A stretch of 64,000 bases of DNA from assembly GCA_051294905.1 (NCBI GenBank), contig CM119371.1, positions 30,072,001 to 30,136,000 of the forward strand. Direction: 5' to 3'. The notes below the pieces were generated by a model, which worked only from the letters and a program-made list of their open reading frames with translations, made no database searches and was not told the DNA's origin. Each line of letters opens with the position of its first letter. Position 1 is the stretch's first letter. Position numbers and translations under genes: made by a program. The stretch comes from Botryllus schlosseri. Lineage: Eukaryota. Positions 25,469 through 39,502 of the stretch are shown piece by piece.

Positions 25469-26476
25469 ATTTCAGTATGTATATATACTAATCAATTATC
25501 GATATGATATGTCAAAAGTACTGATATAGTCTAGTGCAGTGCTTTTCAACCTTCGAGCTGGTACGCACTTGGGCCAATCAGAAAAATAGCAGTGCGAATG
25601 ACGAAGTTGATGCGAATGGTTCGAATGAAAATTTGGATGTGTGCGGATGAAAATCATAAATAACACGGGTCCACACAAAATTTCATGTTTGAGTTTAGCC
25701 CACTGTTTAACTAATTTTAGGTGATGAATCAGAAAATGAAGTCGGATTTTCTCTATCACATCATGTCACGTCTTTGTAACATGAAATAACCTAAATTTCT
25801 GAAATAAATAAATTTTTGCCCCCCTCCCTCTGTTGTCAAAACAAGGAATTCTGATGCAACAAACACTGTTTTACCTGCAATAATCTAGCTTTATTAGCAA
25901 ACAAGCATTCTATATTTTATTCACACAAATTTGCGTTTTCTTTATTAAAATTTCATGCCTTGAAATAATAATTAGGCATGCTAAAGAGCAACCATAATAT
26001 AACCTCAAACGCTATATCAGGCTGTCGAACATGTCAATAGGACAGTAGCAAGGTATTATCTAAATTATAGCCTGCAGTTCACACAATATGCACAGCATAG
26101 ACATTCCAATGGAGTGCAGAAATTCTGAAAACACACACATAAATAGAAAAGTGCTAAAATGAAGCTTTGACTCGAAGGGATTTGGACACGGCGAGTTCAG
26201 AAACAGTGAAAAAAAGAGCTTTCATAAAATATGAGCTCTTTACTTATAAGTAGGGTGATTTTATTGACATGTAAAAATTTATCAAAATTTTGACGAAATT
26301 GTAGCGAAATTTGTGAAAATTGTTGAAAGCAAAAATAAATTTGACCTCTGCATTTCGTTTGTATCGTAGATTTTGCACTGTCAGTAAACTTATCATTTGA
26401 TATTTTACAGCTTGTAGCCTACCTTATAGGCCTACCATTGTAGGCGGCACATTTATGCTCATTTTGAATCATAAAT

Positions 26477-26772
26477 CAGTGGTTCTCAACGTGGGCAATT
26501 TGGCGGTCTAGGAGGGCGAAAATAATGAAGGAGGCGATGGGGGGGTCGAAAACGGACAAGTCGGAGAAATGGCCTTTTTTTTAGACAACTCACGAAAATT
26601 TAGCTGCAAAAGTGTATCATTTCGACGTCGAGCCGAAAAGTTGACTTTTTTTAGTCATCCCGCCGGTGATTACAGTTCGTATGCCCATTTTTCGGTTCAA
26701 AAAATTTGGGGGCAATGATCGGTGTGGAGCTTAAAAAGGGGGCGATGAGTAGAAAAAGGTTGGGAACCACTG
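26477..26772 (+). mobile_element. Charlie-like hAT MITE
   Basis: CAGTGGTTCTCAAC/GTTGGGAACCACTG; TSD TCATAAAT/TCATAGAC; same family as 42745-43072 (inverted). Confidence 0.88.
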
Positions 26773-27146
26773 TCATAGACGGCCAAATGAAACAATAGGT
26801 TGGCATGATGTATGGTCTGAAGCAAGACTGCTTGGGCATTGCGTGGTTCTATCAATAAGCGCATGATGAAAAAATGGTTATGTGTAGACGACATTTTCAC
26901 ACTGAAGCAACGCTGTGTGACACTAGCATCGTACGCACTACTTCAGTGTTGCCAGCCAACAACTGCAGCGGTTGAACGTTACTTTCTCCAATGTGGGCAA
27001 GCTACTTATTAGTAAGGACAGACACTTTTTACCTTAGAATGTAGGAAATTATCTTTCGCTGTACTACAACAAATGGTAATAATAATAATACGTGATGTAA
27101 CTGCTGGAGTTCTTCATATAGCCAGACTTCGGAAAATACTATTTTT

Positions 27147-27985
27147 TCATGCAAATGATTTGTAGTAAGTCGAAACTTGAATCTGAATTAAATTTCATAC
27201 GGAAAATCTTACAGTCTAACAGATATCCAGATCACATTGTGAAGTCCACCATTGACAAAAAACCAAATGATTTCATAGCCAATAAATTCATTGGACCAAG
27301 TAGGCTAAATGTCCAGTATATTTACAATTTTACATTAACCATGAATCAGAAAAGTGTCTGGTAGATTTGAGAAGCAAATCATGTCGTCTGTTAGTCAATG
27401 TTTCATGTGGGTACAACCTAGGATAGTTTTCAACACAAAATATCTCTCGCCTGCAACATAGAAGGATGTGCCACAAAACAGAGTAGTATTATTTACAATT
27501 AGGCGTGCCGCTGCGACAGTCGGTATGTGCGTCGTACTTCACTTCGTTACCATAACAGATAGGAGAGAGGGAGCTCGAGCTCCACACCATGGCATGCAAC
27601 TCTGCAACTCTTCTTACGCATCCAGAGTGTGCAAAATCGTATAACGATAACAGATTTTCGATTCTTGCTCGCAGACGTACTCTGTTCCAATTGGAGGTTC
27701 TCGAATCGACTATAATAAATCTCAAGCAACCGATTCTTTGTCGGCAAAAGGACCGACTCCATTCTCTCCGTGTATTTCATTAGTGTTGCGTCTCTGGCTA
27801 TATATTATAGCGAATTTGTATTGCGCTAATTGCATTTTAGCCGCTCTCGTTTTGTGAATCCTATTATCGTTATCGTTTTTATACCATTCTTATACGTCAC
27901 ACTAGCTATTTCATATTTATATTTCGAATTGCAATCTCCGTATTTAATGACGGCTACTCCCGATGAGTATCAGTTGAAAAGCAGG
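27147..27985 (+). mobile_element. Decayed Penelope-like retroelement 3' fragment (RT C-terminus and GIY-YIG endonuclease)
   Basis: ICSKSKLESELNFIRKILQSNRYPDHI and FQLEVLESTIINLKQPILCRQKD match the ORFs at 56243-57393; several frameshifts and stops. Confidence 0.88.
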
Positions 27986-30724
27986 GGTGAGCAAACTACG
28001 GCCCGCGAGAATCTAAAGAAACATCTGGAATATTTACTACAACATACTCGTGAATTGCCTTTGTGGCCCAGACATCGCTCCCCTGCCATCATTTTTTTTT
28101 AATTTCCTTTTCAACTAACACTTTTTACAGCATGATTGCATCGAGTCAAGTGTACCTGTTTGATGCTGGTGTGATCGGACTAGTTGAGCTCCAAGGTCGT
28201 ATTATTCATTCTTGCCTAATATCGAATACTATGCATGTTTATTATCTGTACCACTATCATTGCCGTCTGTTTGTTGGGAATTTCGATTGGATAAAAACTT
28301 AAGACTATCATTCTCTCCGATATAAAGCAAGGAACCTATATGGAGTCATATTGCACAATATAAAACGACGCCTTCACTCCTGTGTTGTACGACACCAAAA
28401 TTGTCAGCACGGATGCCACGAATGTGAAATCATCTTTATTACCAATGCAATGAAATTTGGAAGGCATTTCGACCACCGACACTTTTTAACTGGTCTAAAA
28501 CAGAGCTGGACCGCGGTTGGATCAAAAAGACATTCCGCCATGTCATAATTCAGATGATATTCTCGGATGTTTGTCAGGATCACCGTACCAAAGACATAAA
28601 ACGCAAGACACTATTGCAAGGCGAACAGGTGCCGACCCAGACTCGAATCAGACTCTGCAATGTCTCTAAACACACAATCATGAGCCATATATCGCGACAT
28701 TGTGCAGCACCGCATAGCGGAGAAGAACGGCACAAGAAATACGTAATAGATTAAATAGCTACGGCCACGCAACATGATAGTATTAGATTATAATTTTGCT
28801 ACTTCTATGCTATTTACGATCTGTATAGATAAGAAGGATTTATTACAATGGATATCTGGAAAGGAAAAGGGAATATATACAGAGGTGTTAATAAATGTAC
28901 CCAGCAGCAAAGGGCTTGGAAATACAGACTGTATTTCACCAATTCATGCGGCATTCCTCATTATGGACATTAGAGAGTCTAATCTTAGCGTATAAACACG
29001 AGGAAATCATCTATCTACATTTCATAACTCGGACCTGGCTACTTAAAAGGGCACTGCGTCTCAAAGTCAGGCACAATTCCGTTAAATACATCACAGTGCT
29101 TCCCAACTAATGGGTCACGAATCATTTCAAAATGTATCAGTTTTCTATTCGATATCTCACAGAGGGCTGATTATCATTATTACGGGACGCAAGCAATCTT
29201 CGAATTGACATGATAGCAGTTTCATAGGTATAGCTAAAAAGCTTTTGGATTACGGTACTGAAGATCATGCTTAGACTTGATAATGTCTGATGAGCAGAGC
29301 TTAGCCTACATTGCATCTGCATTAGGGCTGTTAAAAAATAACCTTCTTGTTCAAACTTTACTGGCTACTTGACTGTGGGGTAATCTAAAAAAAACGTTGC
29401 ACACCAATTTCGGCTATATTTCAATTCGTGGAAGCGAAGTTATGGTAGCTAAAAAATTTTGGATATATTTATCGAAAGTACATATGAATTTTTTTCAAAA
29501 GTTTACGGGCTACCCTGTTAGGTTGTTTGAAAAACGATGCACGACAAATTTGGATCAATTTCAACTTACGTAGGCGAAGTTATTGCTGGTAAATAATTTA
29601 GATTTCAAATCATAGTATTTACGGTGGGTAGATCTATCATAATTATTATTACGGTAATAAAGAATTTGCCAAGTAAATACTATATTTATTAAATTCAAAA
29701 TTTTGCACTATAATAACTTCTCTTCTAGAGATTGGAATTGAGCCAAATTTGGCGTGTATCGTTTTTTTTAGGCGACCTAACTATTTTATCAAGTAGCCAG
29801 CAGAAGTTGAAAAAAAAGTCAATTTTTACCAGTCCTTAACGTGCATACATTGTTTCTTTCCTCATTTATTAGTTTCTTTATTATTACTGGTCAGTCACAT
29901 TGTGGGTCACCAATTGACTCTGGTTGGGAAGCACTGATGTATAAGATAGAATTGGCATGCATTATTGACACAAAAGTACCGTACGTACGTAGTAACATGA
30001 GCAACGACGCTGTGTCAAACATCATAAATAACACGTTAGCACCCTCAGCATGAGACCATTCAATTTACGCAGACATTCACAAAAGTACAGTATCTGCCTA
30101 TACAGCAAAATGCTCAAAGCATCACCAATTATAGATCGTACATCTTCATGTAAGCGTGAGACAAAGAGAAAAAATATGGCCAACGATTCGAATCTCTTAA
30201 CGAATTAATTCAGCGACGAAAAGCAATATCCACTGCATATAATCGAAGAAAAATTATACATGGCCCTCAAAGGACAGATTTTACAAAGAAATGCAAGCTT
30301 GATAGAATAGGAATGGTCTCTTAAAGTTTAGAATATGCGTCAGAAATAGCCGGTAGTTCCGACGTGGAATTGAACCGATTTCACAATTAACGTAAAATAA
30401 ACTATACTACTACACCCGATACCGTTAAAGCCATATAAAAAATGTACAAATAAAATCATATCTAGTGCATGAATCAAGATAGAGTTCTTTTAAATCACGA
30501 CACGCGAAAGAAGGTTAGCAACACCTTTCCAGAAATCGAGCAAGCCAGACGACAAAGTGCTTAGTTGTAGCTAGTCAGGCGTACGCATATTTTCAAACCA
30601 AGAACACGTCGCAGACAAAAGTAATGAAAATAACGACCCAAAATTGAAATTGTAAGCCACAATTACTACGTATCTTTGGTAAGAGAGATGAAACATTATT
30701 TTCATTTTGTCAAAATTCGGATAT

Positions 30725-31672
30725 ATACCGCTCATCGCAGATACTAGTGTATTAACTTTTGATAAATACAACAGCTCTAAATAAAATTCAGGATATGCGA
30801 TGGGCCCTGCCTAAAACCATCATTTTGACCGCACCGGAATTCAATATAACCCCGCTTGCATAGAATCAGTACTCGCACAATAGTCCGCATTGTTAGAATT
30901 TAAAAAAAACCTTGAAATCACACCTTTCTGCATGTTTGTTTCCAATCGCGCATCACTTTCAGCCATCGCGCCCAGTAATTCGTATTATCAGTGTAACGCG
31001 CTACCAAAGCGTGTTGCCAATTAACGAGAGTCGTCTGCACAGCACGCAATCTCCTGCTGAGTGGGTTTGCCGTTTGCACGCGAGCGAAATTAGGTCATTC
31101 ATTGATTGCTGAACCCGCGCGCGGCAATCCTCGCTAATTCATCGACAGGCCATGTGCGCAAAATATAATCGCTTGCGTAATCAGTCGCACCGCTAACAGG
31201 CGTGGTGTGCACGACATAACCGTTGGGCCTGAGCAATCGCATCTGACCTCGTGCGCAAGATGTCGCGTCGCCGGCGTCGCAGGCTTTGGCTGCTATCTAC
31301 TATCGTATAGAGGCAATACCGTTACTTGTATAATATTTAGCAATCGCATCTGTAATAGGCCTCGTGCGCAAGACGGCGTGTCGCTGGCCCGAACTATCGC
31401 GTCGCCAGCCTCGCAGTCTTTGGCTGCTCTGTACTATCGTTTAGAGACAATGCCGTTAATTGCATAATGATTACGGATGGTTATGTTATGATTGTTCGAC
31501 AGTGACATCGCAAAACAAAACATCATCGCGTACTAAAACACAGCTATTCATGTACTGTAAATGCAGGGTGCGTACTATACATGGGTACAGGCTTTTCCCC
31601 AGAATTTGCTTGCAATCGATTTTAAGGGCGCGTATTATACATGGGGCCGTACCATACTTGGCAAATTACGGT
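30725..31672. mobile_element. pogo/Tigger-like MITE
   Basis: Right end GGCAAATTACGGTA with GCGTATTATAC repeats; degenerate TACCG left end; internal ~110-bp duplication at 31234-31445. Confidence 0.5.
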
Positions 31673-32776
31673 ACTCTCTTTAGACATCTGTGTTTTTCAT
31701 TTTCAATTCAAACAACTACTCTCAAAAGCAGAGGTGGTCAGTAACGACGGACTTCTACTTTTTGAGGTACTCAGGTAGTTTGCCGCTACTTGGGTACTTA
31801 CTCAACTAGATCTAATTTCCCGTTACTACTACTTCTACTTCGAAGGCATTTGTGATGTACCTACTTACTTTTCGCTATTTTCAGGTTGGCAAGTAGAAGT
31901 AGTTTAATCCTCCAATCAGGAAGATAGCTTAAGGAATTTCGGGCTGTTTTCACGGAGTATCAACATTTATTTTTCATAGAAGTTGAGTGAAGCCCAGAAT
32001 CTTCTCCGCGCTTCGCTTACAGTGGATATGGAGTGACCAATACAATTTCACTAAAGGGTCGGTGAATATAATTTAGGTAGCGGGTTGCGTGGTTCCATTC
32101 ACACCGCATTGCCGCCTACATGAAATATTTCATAACGGTATATATGACCCATCATAACGTTCGAAACTGATGTTTCGCAATCTAGCATTTACTTATCATA
32201 TCATAATCTAGCAGTACATGGCGTGTCCTAATCTGAAAAAGTGGACTCATTTTTTTTCGCTTTAAACCTGTTTTACCATACAACCTTTGAACCTTTCTGG
32301 AGCAAAGACATGATATACGTTTTCCGCGTTTAAAAGTAGCATTTATATATCTCTCTCAATTTCCAGTGTCATACTTGGAGTTTTAATTAGTTTTAATTTT
32401 TTTGTCTGGATAACATACGTGTTGAAGCATAAAAAAAGTGTAGTAATGCCTTTAATGTCCGGAAATAAAGCTATGCCGCTAAGTATAATGTAATTGCCAT
32501 TGCATTGCCGCCTTTTTCATAGAGATATCATTTTGAATGTGGGTTTCAACAATGTCTTCTGAAAACAAAGCCATTAAATGTCTTATATATTTGATATGAT
32601 GTGCGACCGGGTCTCCCCGCCGCTGAATCAACTAGAGTACAAACAATCCGTCCATCTATTCCTTTCATCACGTTACCTGTTATGTAATAACTAAATTTTA
32701 TATTTTACTATCACTTTTATTGTGTTACATTTATAAGACTGTATCGGTCTAACTACTGCTTTTCTATAAATACCGT

Positions 32777-33102
32777 AAAGGACGTAGTTGATGTTTGTCC
32801 TCGATGTTTTTGCGGCATATACACCGACTCGTGACATATACATACACACAATCTGTGCATATGTATACCATGAGTGCATGATGTGCATATGCCGCTGGAC
32901 AACAAACGTGCAGATACATCCATGAACGGCTTTCTCAGTCCTGCACCACCCCACCGCTATCCCAGTAATGCATGAGCGCCAAGCGGGGAAGTGATGGATA
33001 CCAGTATTACTAATCAGGTCCTGGGTCTGACCCGGCCGGGAATTGAACCCACGACCTTTCGATCAACAAGCCGGACGCTTCCCCATTACGCTATCTTGTC
33101 GC
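32777..33102 (-). mobile_element. tRNA-derived SINE, full length
   Basis: A and B boxes on the minus strand; 10-bp TSD TAAATACCGT (32767-32776 and 33103-33112). Confidence 0.9.
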
Positions 33103-33146
33103 TAAATACCGTTTCTTCGCCATTTGAAGGCGTTGTAAATATAGAG

Positions 33147-34216
33147 CGGGGCCGGCCAACCCGTGGCCCGCGGGCCACATGTGGCCCGCGAGAAGGTTTT
33201 GAGTGGCCCGCGAGGTAATTTTCCGAAATTTCTAATTCATCAAAAACGGATTGCAAGGCCAACCAAATATTTGATTAGTCTGGCCGCAACACTTGAGATG
33301 TGATGACTAAAATATCAGTTTCGACTCATTGATAGATCCATCAACCATAGGCTTACCATACGTCCTCTTTTTTAAGAGGATTTGTCCTCTTTTTTGACTT
33401 TTTTGAAAGTGTCCTCGGAGGACGCCCTTTTGTCCTCTTTTTTGAGATTTTGTCCTCTTTTTTGAAAACTTGGGTCAGATTTAGAGCAAATTGCGAGTGA
33501 TATGCCGCAAATTAGCACAGAAGTGAAGCTCCGGCGCCGGTATTTTGAGCTCTGAGCAGAAAAGATGACCTTTTTTTTTTCAAGTCAACCGATCACAAAG
33601 TGGGAAAAATTCACCGGTTTTTGAGAATTCTACTTCGGTTTCGCAAGTTGCAAATTTCTGAAAAAGTGTCCTCTTTTTAGATTTCCAAAATATGGTAAGC
33701 CTAATCAACCATTCATATATTGGTATATCTTCGTACACTACAATAAACAGAATAATTTGCGATAGATTTATCAAAGGTAAAAAATTTCTACAAGCTTAGC
33801 GCAATATGTTGTCACTCGATTTCTTGTTCTTAATATTGTTGCCCTTTTGTGAAAATTGAAGAACACCCAAAGTATCAGATTGAGTCGAACTATATTAGCG
33901 ATCATGAGACAAAGTGTCGTTCAACATATGCGACCTTGCGTTTGCGCTCGCAGTAAGACCGTCGACTATGAAACCTAGACACGAAATGATTGACGCATGT
34001 AGGTCGCAGCTTTCGATATCGATATTTCCATGCGCCGAATAGCCCAGTCCTCGCAAACTTAGCCCAGCGATATACAGCATGCCCGCAATATAGTCAAGTG
34101 ACAATATTATTGACCTATGAACTTCAAATAATTTTCGCGCTTCGCGCGGATAGTGGCCCGCGCAAAAGTTCGTCAATCGAATGTGGCCCTTTGGCTGAAA
34201 AGGTTGGCCAGCCCTG
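33147..34216. mobile_element. Charlie-like hAT MITE with GGCCC repeats
   Basis: CGGGGCCGGCCAACC/GGTTGGCCAGCCCTG; perfect TSD ATATAGAG. Confidence 0.92.
33348..33703 (+). mobile_element. MITE family B, complete, nested
   Basis: TIR TAGGCTTACCATA/TATGGTAAGCCTA; perfect TSD ATCAACCA. Confidence 0.95.
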
Positions 34217-34572
34217 ATATAGAGGGTCATTCATATTCCAATATTTTTAAAGGGGGCCACGATGCAATAAAGGTTGAGAACCCGTGGATTAATTGATGAT
34301 CCACTAGGTCCATTCCAGCTAACACCTAAACTATGTGGGTTCAGAGTACTGGTTATTGGATCTGAAAAAGCCTGTTGTCAACGATAGTGTTGAGGAGTCG
34401 ACGAAACTTCCTGTGCCGAGCGGAACACCAATTATGAAGAGCATCATGAATTATTTTACGCTGTTCATTGTTGTCGCAGTTCTGTTTTGCCCATAAACAA
34501 CCACAACGCCATATACCTTCCCGGGACAAGCGAATAATCCAAATATATCGACTGAAACGTCTCGCATATGTA

Positions 34573-35096
34573 TAGGGTTGCTTTTAAAACAGAAATTATT
34601 TAAAACAAACATGTTTAAAATAAGGACCTATAATATAAAACATATTTTCATTGTTTTTTTAAGTCATGACATCACGAATATTAAGTTGTGACGTCAAACT
34701 GGATTGACATTTACAATTGAAAATATTGGGTAAATATAGCTTCTCTGACGAAATGTCCTTACAATTAATGTTGAATCGACTATTTTCAGGGTTCCAACCA
34801 TCTCATATCGATATTCGATATACGTCGGCTATATCGGGTAGTAATTGTCCGTATGCATATAGGTTTGTATGTACATATGTAGGGTTGCATTTAAAACAAA
34901 CGGTGTTTTAAACAGTGTTTTGAACAAAGGCTTTTAAAAAAATTGTGTTTTTTCAAGTTGTAAAATTATACAACATGTTTCTGTAAAGTATTTACACAAT
35001 TCTTGCATAATTTTACAACTTGAAAAAACACAATTTTTTTAAAAGCCTTTGTTCAACACACTGTTTAAAACACCGTTTGTTTTAAATGCAACCCTA
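34573..35096. mobile_element. MITE family D with internal rearrangement
   Basis: TAGGGTTGC...GCAACCCTA; perfect TSD CATATGTA. Confidence 0.9.
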
Positions 35097-35121
35097 CATA
35101 TGTACATACAAACCTATATGC
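34855..35121. repeat. Near-perfect foldback with ~118-bp arms
   Basis: 34855-34973 is the reverse complement of 35003-35121 with about 2 mismatches. Confidence 0.95.
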
Positions 35122-35687
35122 CGAGGTGGTCAAAGTAGCATTCGCGGGTACTAAAATAGAATTAAAAGTAACCTCGTCTTTTTATACTCGATTACTAGTA
35201 GAATTAGCGACATCCTCGACATGTCAACACCATTTCAGGTGGAAACAGGAAGCAGAAGTCTGGCTCAAGTATAAAGGTGGTTTCCAAAAAGTAGATTTTG
35301 TATGGTAAATGAGCGTATCCCAAACATACTTTCTTTGTTTGTCCAATCCATAGTGAAAAGAATCATTGGATTTGACAAAATAAAAGACAGTCTAAAAAGA
35401 AAACCATATGAAGTATGTGCGAGTTGGCAACGCATACTTCAGTAGGCCTATTCCCCGAACGTAGAATTCCTTCATTACTGACCGCCTCTCTAACTATCTA
35501 GAATTTAAATATTTCTACGATCCCAACTGTTTCAATAGATTCATTCCTATGATGATAATTCATTCGCTCAGATCTCAGACACTTTGTCAACATACATCAT
35601 CTTGAAGCAAAACTGACGTTCGTACCCTTCGTTGTTGTTTGTGACATTCATAGTGTTTTTCAATTACAATGTTCATTTACACTAGGC

Positions 35688-36425
35688 CAGGGGTGGCCAA
35701 CTTGCGGCCGTGGAAGGAAATTTGTGTGGCCGTGTGCACGTAATTCAATTAGTATATGTTGGTGGCCCTCGACGTGTAATTTGTATTTACGAATCGACTC
35801 CATGTTTTAATTAATATCGAAATTATCTCACTGCCGTTCGCGAATCAACGTGACTTCATTTTTTCGATTTTAATATAGTAGCGTCCTTTGCAATCAGAGC
35901 CCCACAGTACAGATGCGAGCCGCAGAGGAAAACCACATAAAATACGAACTCGTAGTCGTGTTCTCCTCATTATAAGGGTAATCCCGAAGGATGGTGAAGA
36001 AACAGCATGCAACAAAGAGACTAATAATAATTGGACCACCCGAATGTGCATCATCATTTATAACTTGCGCTAAATTTTCGAAAGCACCCCGTCCGTCAAC
36101 TCTACCGGTGAATCGTATCACATGGACAGGGAAAAAATAAATGTTTGATAGCAATATGTAAAACTACTAATATTAATGACGAAATTCATAAGTTAATCTG
36201 AACATTTTTTCGCATGACCATTGACCTGTGACCACTCGCGATTTCGGAGGCGTATACTGAGCTTATATATGGACGATTAATCCGGAAATGGACTGAACAT
36301 AGACATTTTAACATGGGTATTTGGCGTCCAGCTAGCTCATTACGACTATGCCCTGGAATTCGGCGATAGGCCACATGACTATAGTCGAAATGCGGAGGTG
36401 AATGGCAGAAAAGTTGGTCACCCTC
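35688..36425. mobile_element. hAT-type MITE
   Basis: CAGGGGTGGCCAACTT/AAGTTGGTCACCCTC; perfect TSD CACTAGGC; related copy at 61422-61949. Confidence 0.88.
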
Positions 36426-36548
36426 CACTAGGCCGATTATCCCTTGTTATTATTCCGCAGCAGTCATCCAGTAGCATGGCCCTATTCTGATTTCTTTTGA
36501 GGACACCGCTTGCGCGGATCAGACGGCGAGGAGGTATCCATATATTAG

Positions 36549-36931
36549 TGTAACCACACGTCCTTTAGTAGGATTTGTCATCATTTTTTTTCTGGAAATT
36601 AAAAATGTCCTCTGAGGACGCCTCAATGTACTCTTTGTTGGCAATTCGGTAACTGAATATAAGCATGAATAACGCGAAATAGGTAATTCGGACATTTGGA
36701 CGGGTCATTCGGGAGTTGAATCAAAGTGACGATATTATGCTAAACATCACAGAATTATCGTAAAAGTGGGCAATTCGGGAGTCGAGTCAATATGATGGTC
36801 TTTTTATTAGTCAACTCAACCAAGATTTTCAGTAAAGATATAAAAATCAGCTGTTTTCAGTTTCGGTAAACTAACTCTTATGTATTTTAAGAAGTGCACT
36901 ATTTTCGGGATTCCAAAATATGGTAACCCTG
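36549..36931 (+). mobile_element. MITE family B, diverged
   Basis: GTAACCACACGTCC...AAATATGGTAACCCTG. Confidence 0.75.
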
Positions 36932-36969
36932 CTTTGGATAAACCTCCAACACTTGAGAAGAAACGTAAT

Positions 36970-37047
36970 GGAGTCGACCACGGTCGAACTCGAACCCACA
37001 ACCTATAAGGTTGTTGCAGCTTCGGATCATACTACTACGCCACGATT
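36970..37047 (-). mobile_element. tRNA-derived SINE head
   Basis: Minus strand GTGGCGTAGTAG...GGGTTCGAGTTC; no intact cloverleaf. Confidence 0.55.
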
Positions 37048-37165
37048 CTTTCCCTTCGTGTGTGCCCCTTATGGTCAATGCTTGATTACAGTTTAAACTT
37101 TTTTTTACGATGCACCAATATAGTTACTCGGATATAAGACTTGAAATTTCTTACACTTGTATTTA

Positions 37166-38075
37166 CTGTAGGGGACGGTGGGGAGCAGTAGATACGGAGA
37201 TACAATCGTACATTGTGAATATTTTAAAAACCTGACTGGAAGAATATACATCGTTTCGATGATTTAGCAGTGTCGTATCAGCCATAAGAAAATGATAAGT
37301 TGATAAATTTTTATAACCTGCGTATATTTACATCGCTACCTTTCGCTAGTGTTTTAGATAGGTAACCTATATCTCGTTTGTTTTGCTGGAAATTAGTAGA
37401 CAGCTAACTGAGAGCCGTTATTAGTCGCCCTGTATGCTATTTGAGGCTCAGATTTGCGGTTTTAAAGTCTTCGGAGTAGTTTTGCACTGAATAAGTGTTT
37501 GGTGCACCTTGAGACGATTTGGCTGGGCTATTTTACCATATTGTGCTAAAAATCAACAGAATAGTGTGCAGAAACAAGATCGTCACCGACAATTCCTTAG
37601 AAAACATCTTTTGAAGTGTCTCGCAATAAATGGAGGACATTAAGGCTATTTTGCCACCCCTTATAATCAATGTGGCTCGACGAGTCGGCAGCGATCTTCA
37701 TGCGAGTTTCATTACGATTCCAAACTACAGGATGTAAACTAAAACTAGGACACTTTCTGATCCGTCATTTTCTTCATCAGCTCTCAGTTTCTTTCTAAAT
37801 GATGTGGTGTGAAATTTCTTCATACTGTCCCGTTCTTCCGCACCGCTTGAAACCATAGTACCCCGCGTGTGGGACACAATGGGATAAAATATGTACGTTT
37901 TCCAAATTACTGCGCTTTCGTTATTCCTTTGCAATTTCAAATCAGTTTTCTTTTGATATATGCGTTCTATGTTCATCCATCGTTTTGCTGAAGTTCATTG
38001 GTATTTCAGGATTCGTCAAATTTTTATGACTAAAAATCTATTTTCCTGCCCGTTGTGACCCACCTTCTCCTACAT
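37166..38075. mobile_element. Tc1/pogo-type MITE with TA target
   Basis: TA|CTGTAGGGGACGGTGGG...CCCACCTTCTCCTACAT|TA. Confidence 0.7.
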
Positions 38076-39502
38076 TATGCCGACAGTAACTCCAGCAATA
38101 TAAACACACCCAGCAATGTGATTCTCTTGGCCGTTTCTTCCTGTATTTTGAGACATGAAATCATGAATCTGTGAAATATCCGTGTAGCCAGGGTAACCTT
38201 TTTTCCTTTATACTCGCGACATCGGCCATAGCGCAAGCGCATTTGCGAAATCTAACTTGGTCAGCCGTTTCGACCATTAGAAGGTGTATTGGACGAGTGA
38301 TTCCGATTTGAGTATAATAGTGAGCCTATATTGCGTATATATCTGATCTATAATAATAAATTGAATACGTCGCAAATATGCAGAATTCTCTGATACGAAC
38401 AGGTGCTCCGAATGGCGCAAGCTAATATATACATCGTGACATCATACTCGGTAGAATGTAGCAGTCACCCGAGATTTTGGAAAATTACTTCTCAGCTAGC
38501 GAGATCTGACAAGAAATGAGCGGTACAGGGCTGGCCCTCGCAACAATATTAGCTTTCCGTCGCGAATGGTCGTCAGAATGTGCGAGAAATTTTTCGTTAG
38601 GCTTACCAAGAATATGCTCTTCTGCAATTTCAGAGGCAAAAAGCGTGTTCGTTGTAGAAAAAGACGCGGTTGAAAATATATACTAGACCTAGGCAGTCTA
38701 AACGAAAATCGATTTAAAACCAACATGTTTAAAACAAGGTCCATAATTGTTATTTTTTTAAGCCATGACGTCACGAATATTTTATCGTGACGTCACAGTG
38801 GATTGGCAGTAACAATTGAAAATGTAGGGTAAATATTGCTCCTTCGACAAAAAGGGCTTCCAATCACCGTCATAAACAGACCAAAAATATCTTCTGCCAG
38901 GACTACTTCGTTATGCAACCATTTTACGGTCGACGGTCATCATCATGAGAACACCCATTCCGTATCAATGTTGTATATCTTCGTGCAAATACTGTTGGAC
39001 CGACAACGATTTGCAAGGTTCCAGTCACCCCACATCGTATACGTCGACTATTTTGGGTGCAAATCGTCCGCGTAAACAGGATTTGAGATTTCGGAAGAAC
39101 GCCTAGTAAATCATATTGAAAGGCTGCAATTGATTTCAGTTTAAAAGTATTGTTGCTGTTGTTGTTCAAAATGAGTTATTTCCTGTGTCCAACATCACTA
39201 TTTCTTACTGACTGACACGGTCTCGGCGATAGCATTCCATGGCGGAAGAATTAGCTGATATGAATGTGCATATTGCCTTGACGTGCTGTGGCCCAGACAC
39301 TGTCAAGACCGAGACGCTTACAAAACGAATCGGTGCTTCCCTAGAGGATCAAACTTTACGAAGAGATTATTTCTCAGCAAGTACTGTGTTTAGCTAACCC
39401 CAAGTTTAGTCAGGTATTGTTCACAGCTCAAAGCGATGATCATGATGTTTTTGTTGTATCTCTAATTCCTTAACAAAAGACTTTTTCTTTTATGGTAACT
39501 AT

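Noticed and set aside
39235..39415. Third copy of the YGIGRKDLAEC exon
   Set aside because: Only about 20 bp of similarity (GGCGGAAGAATTAGCTGA), with no consistent frame.
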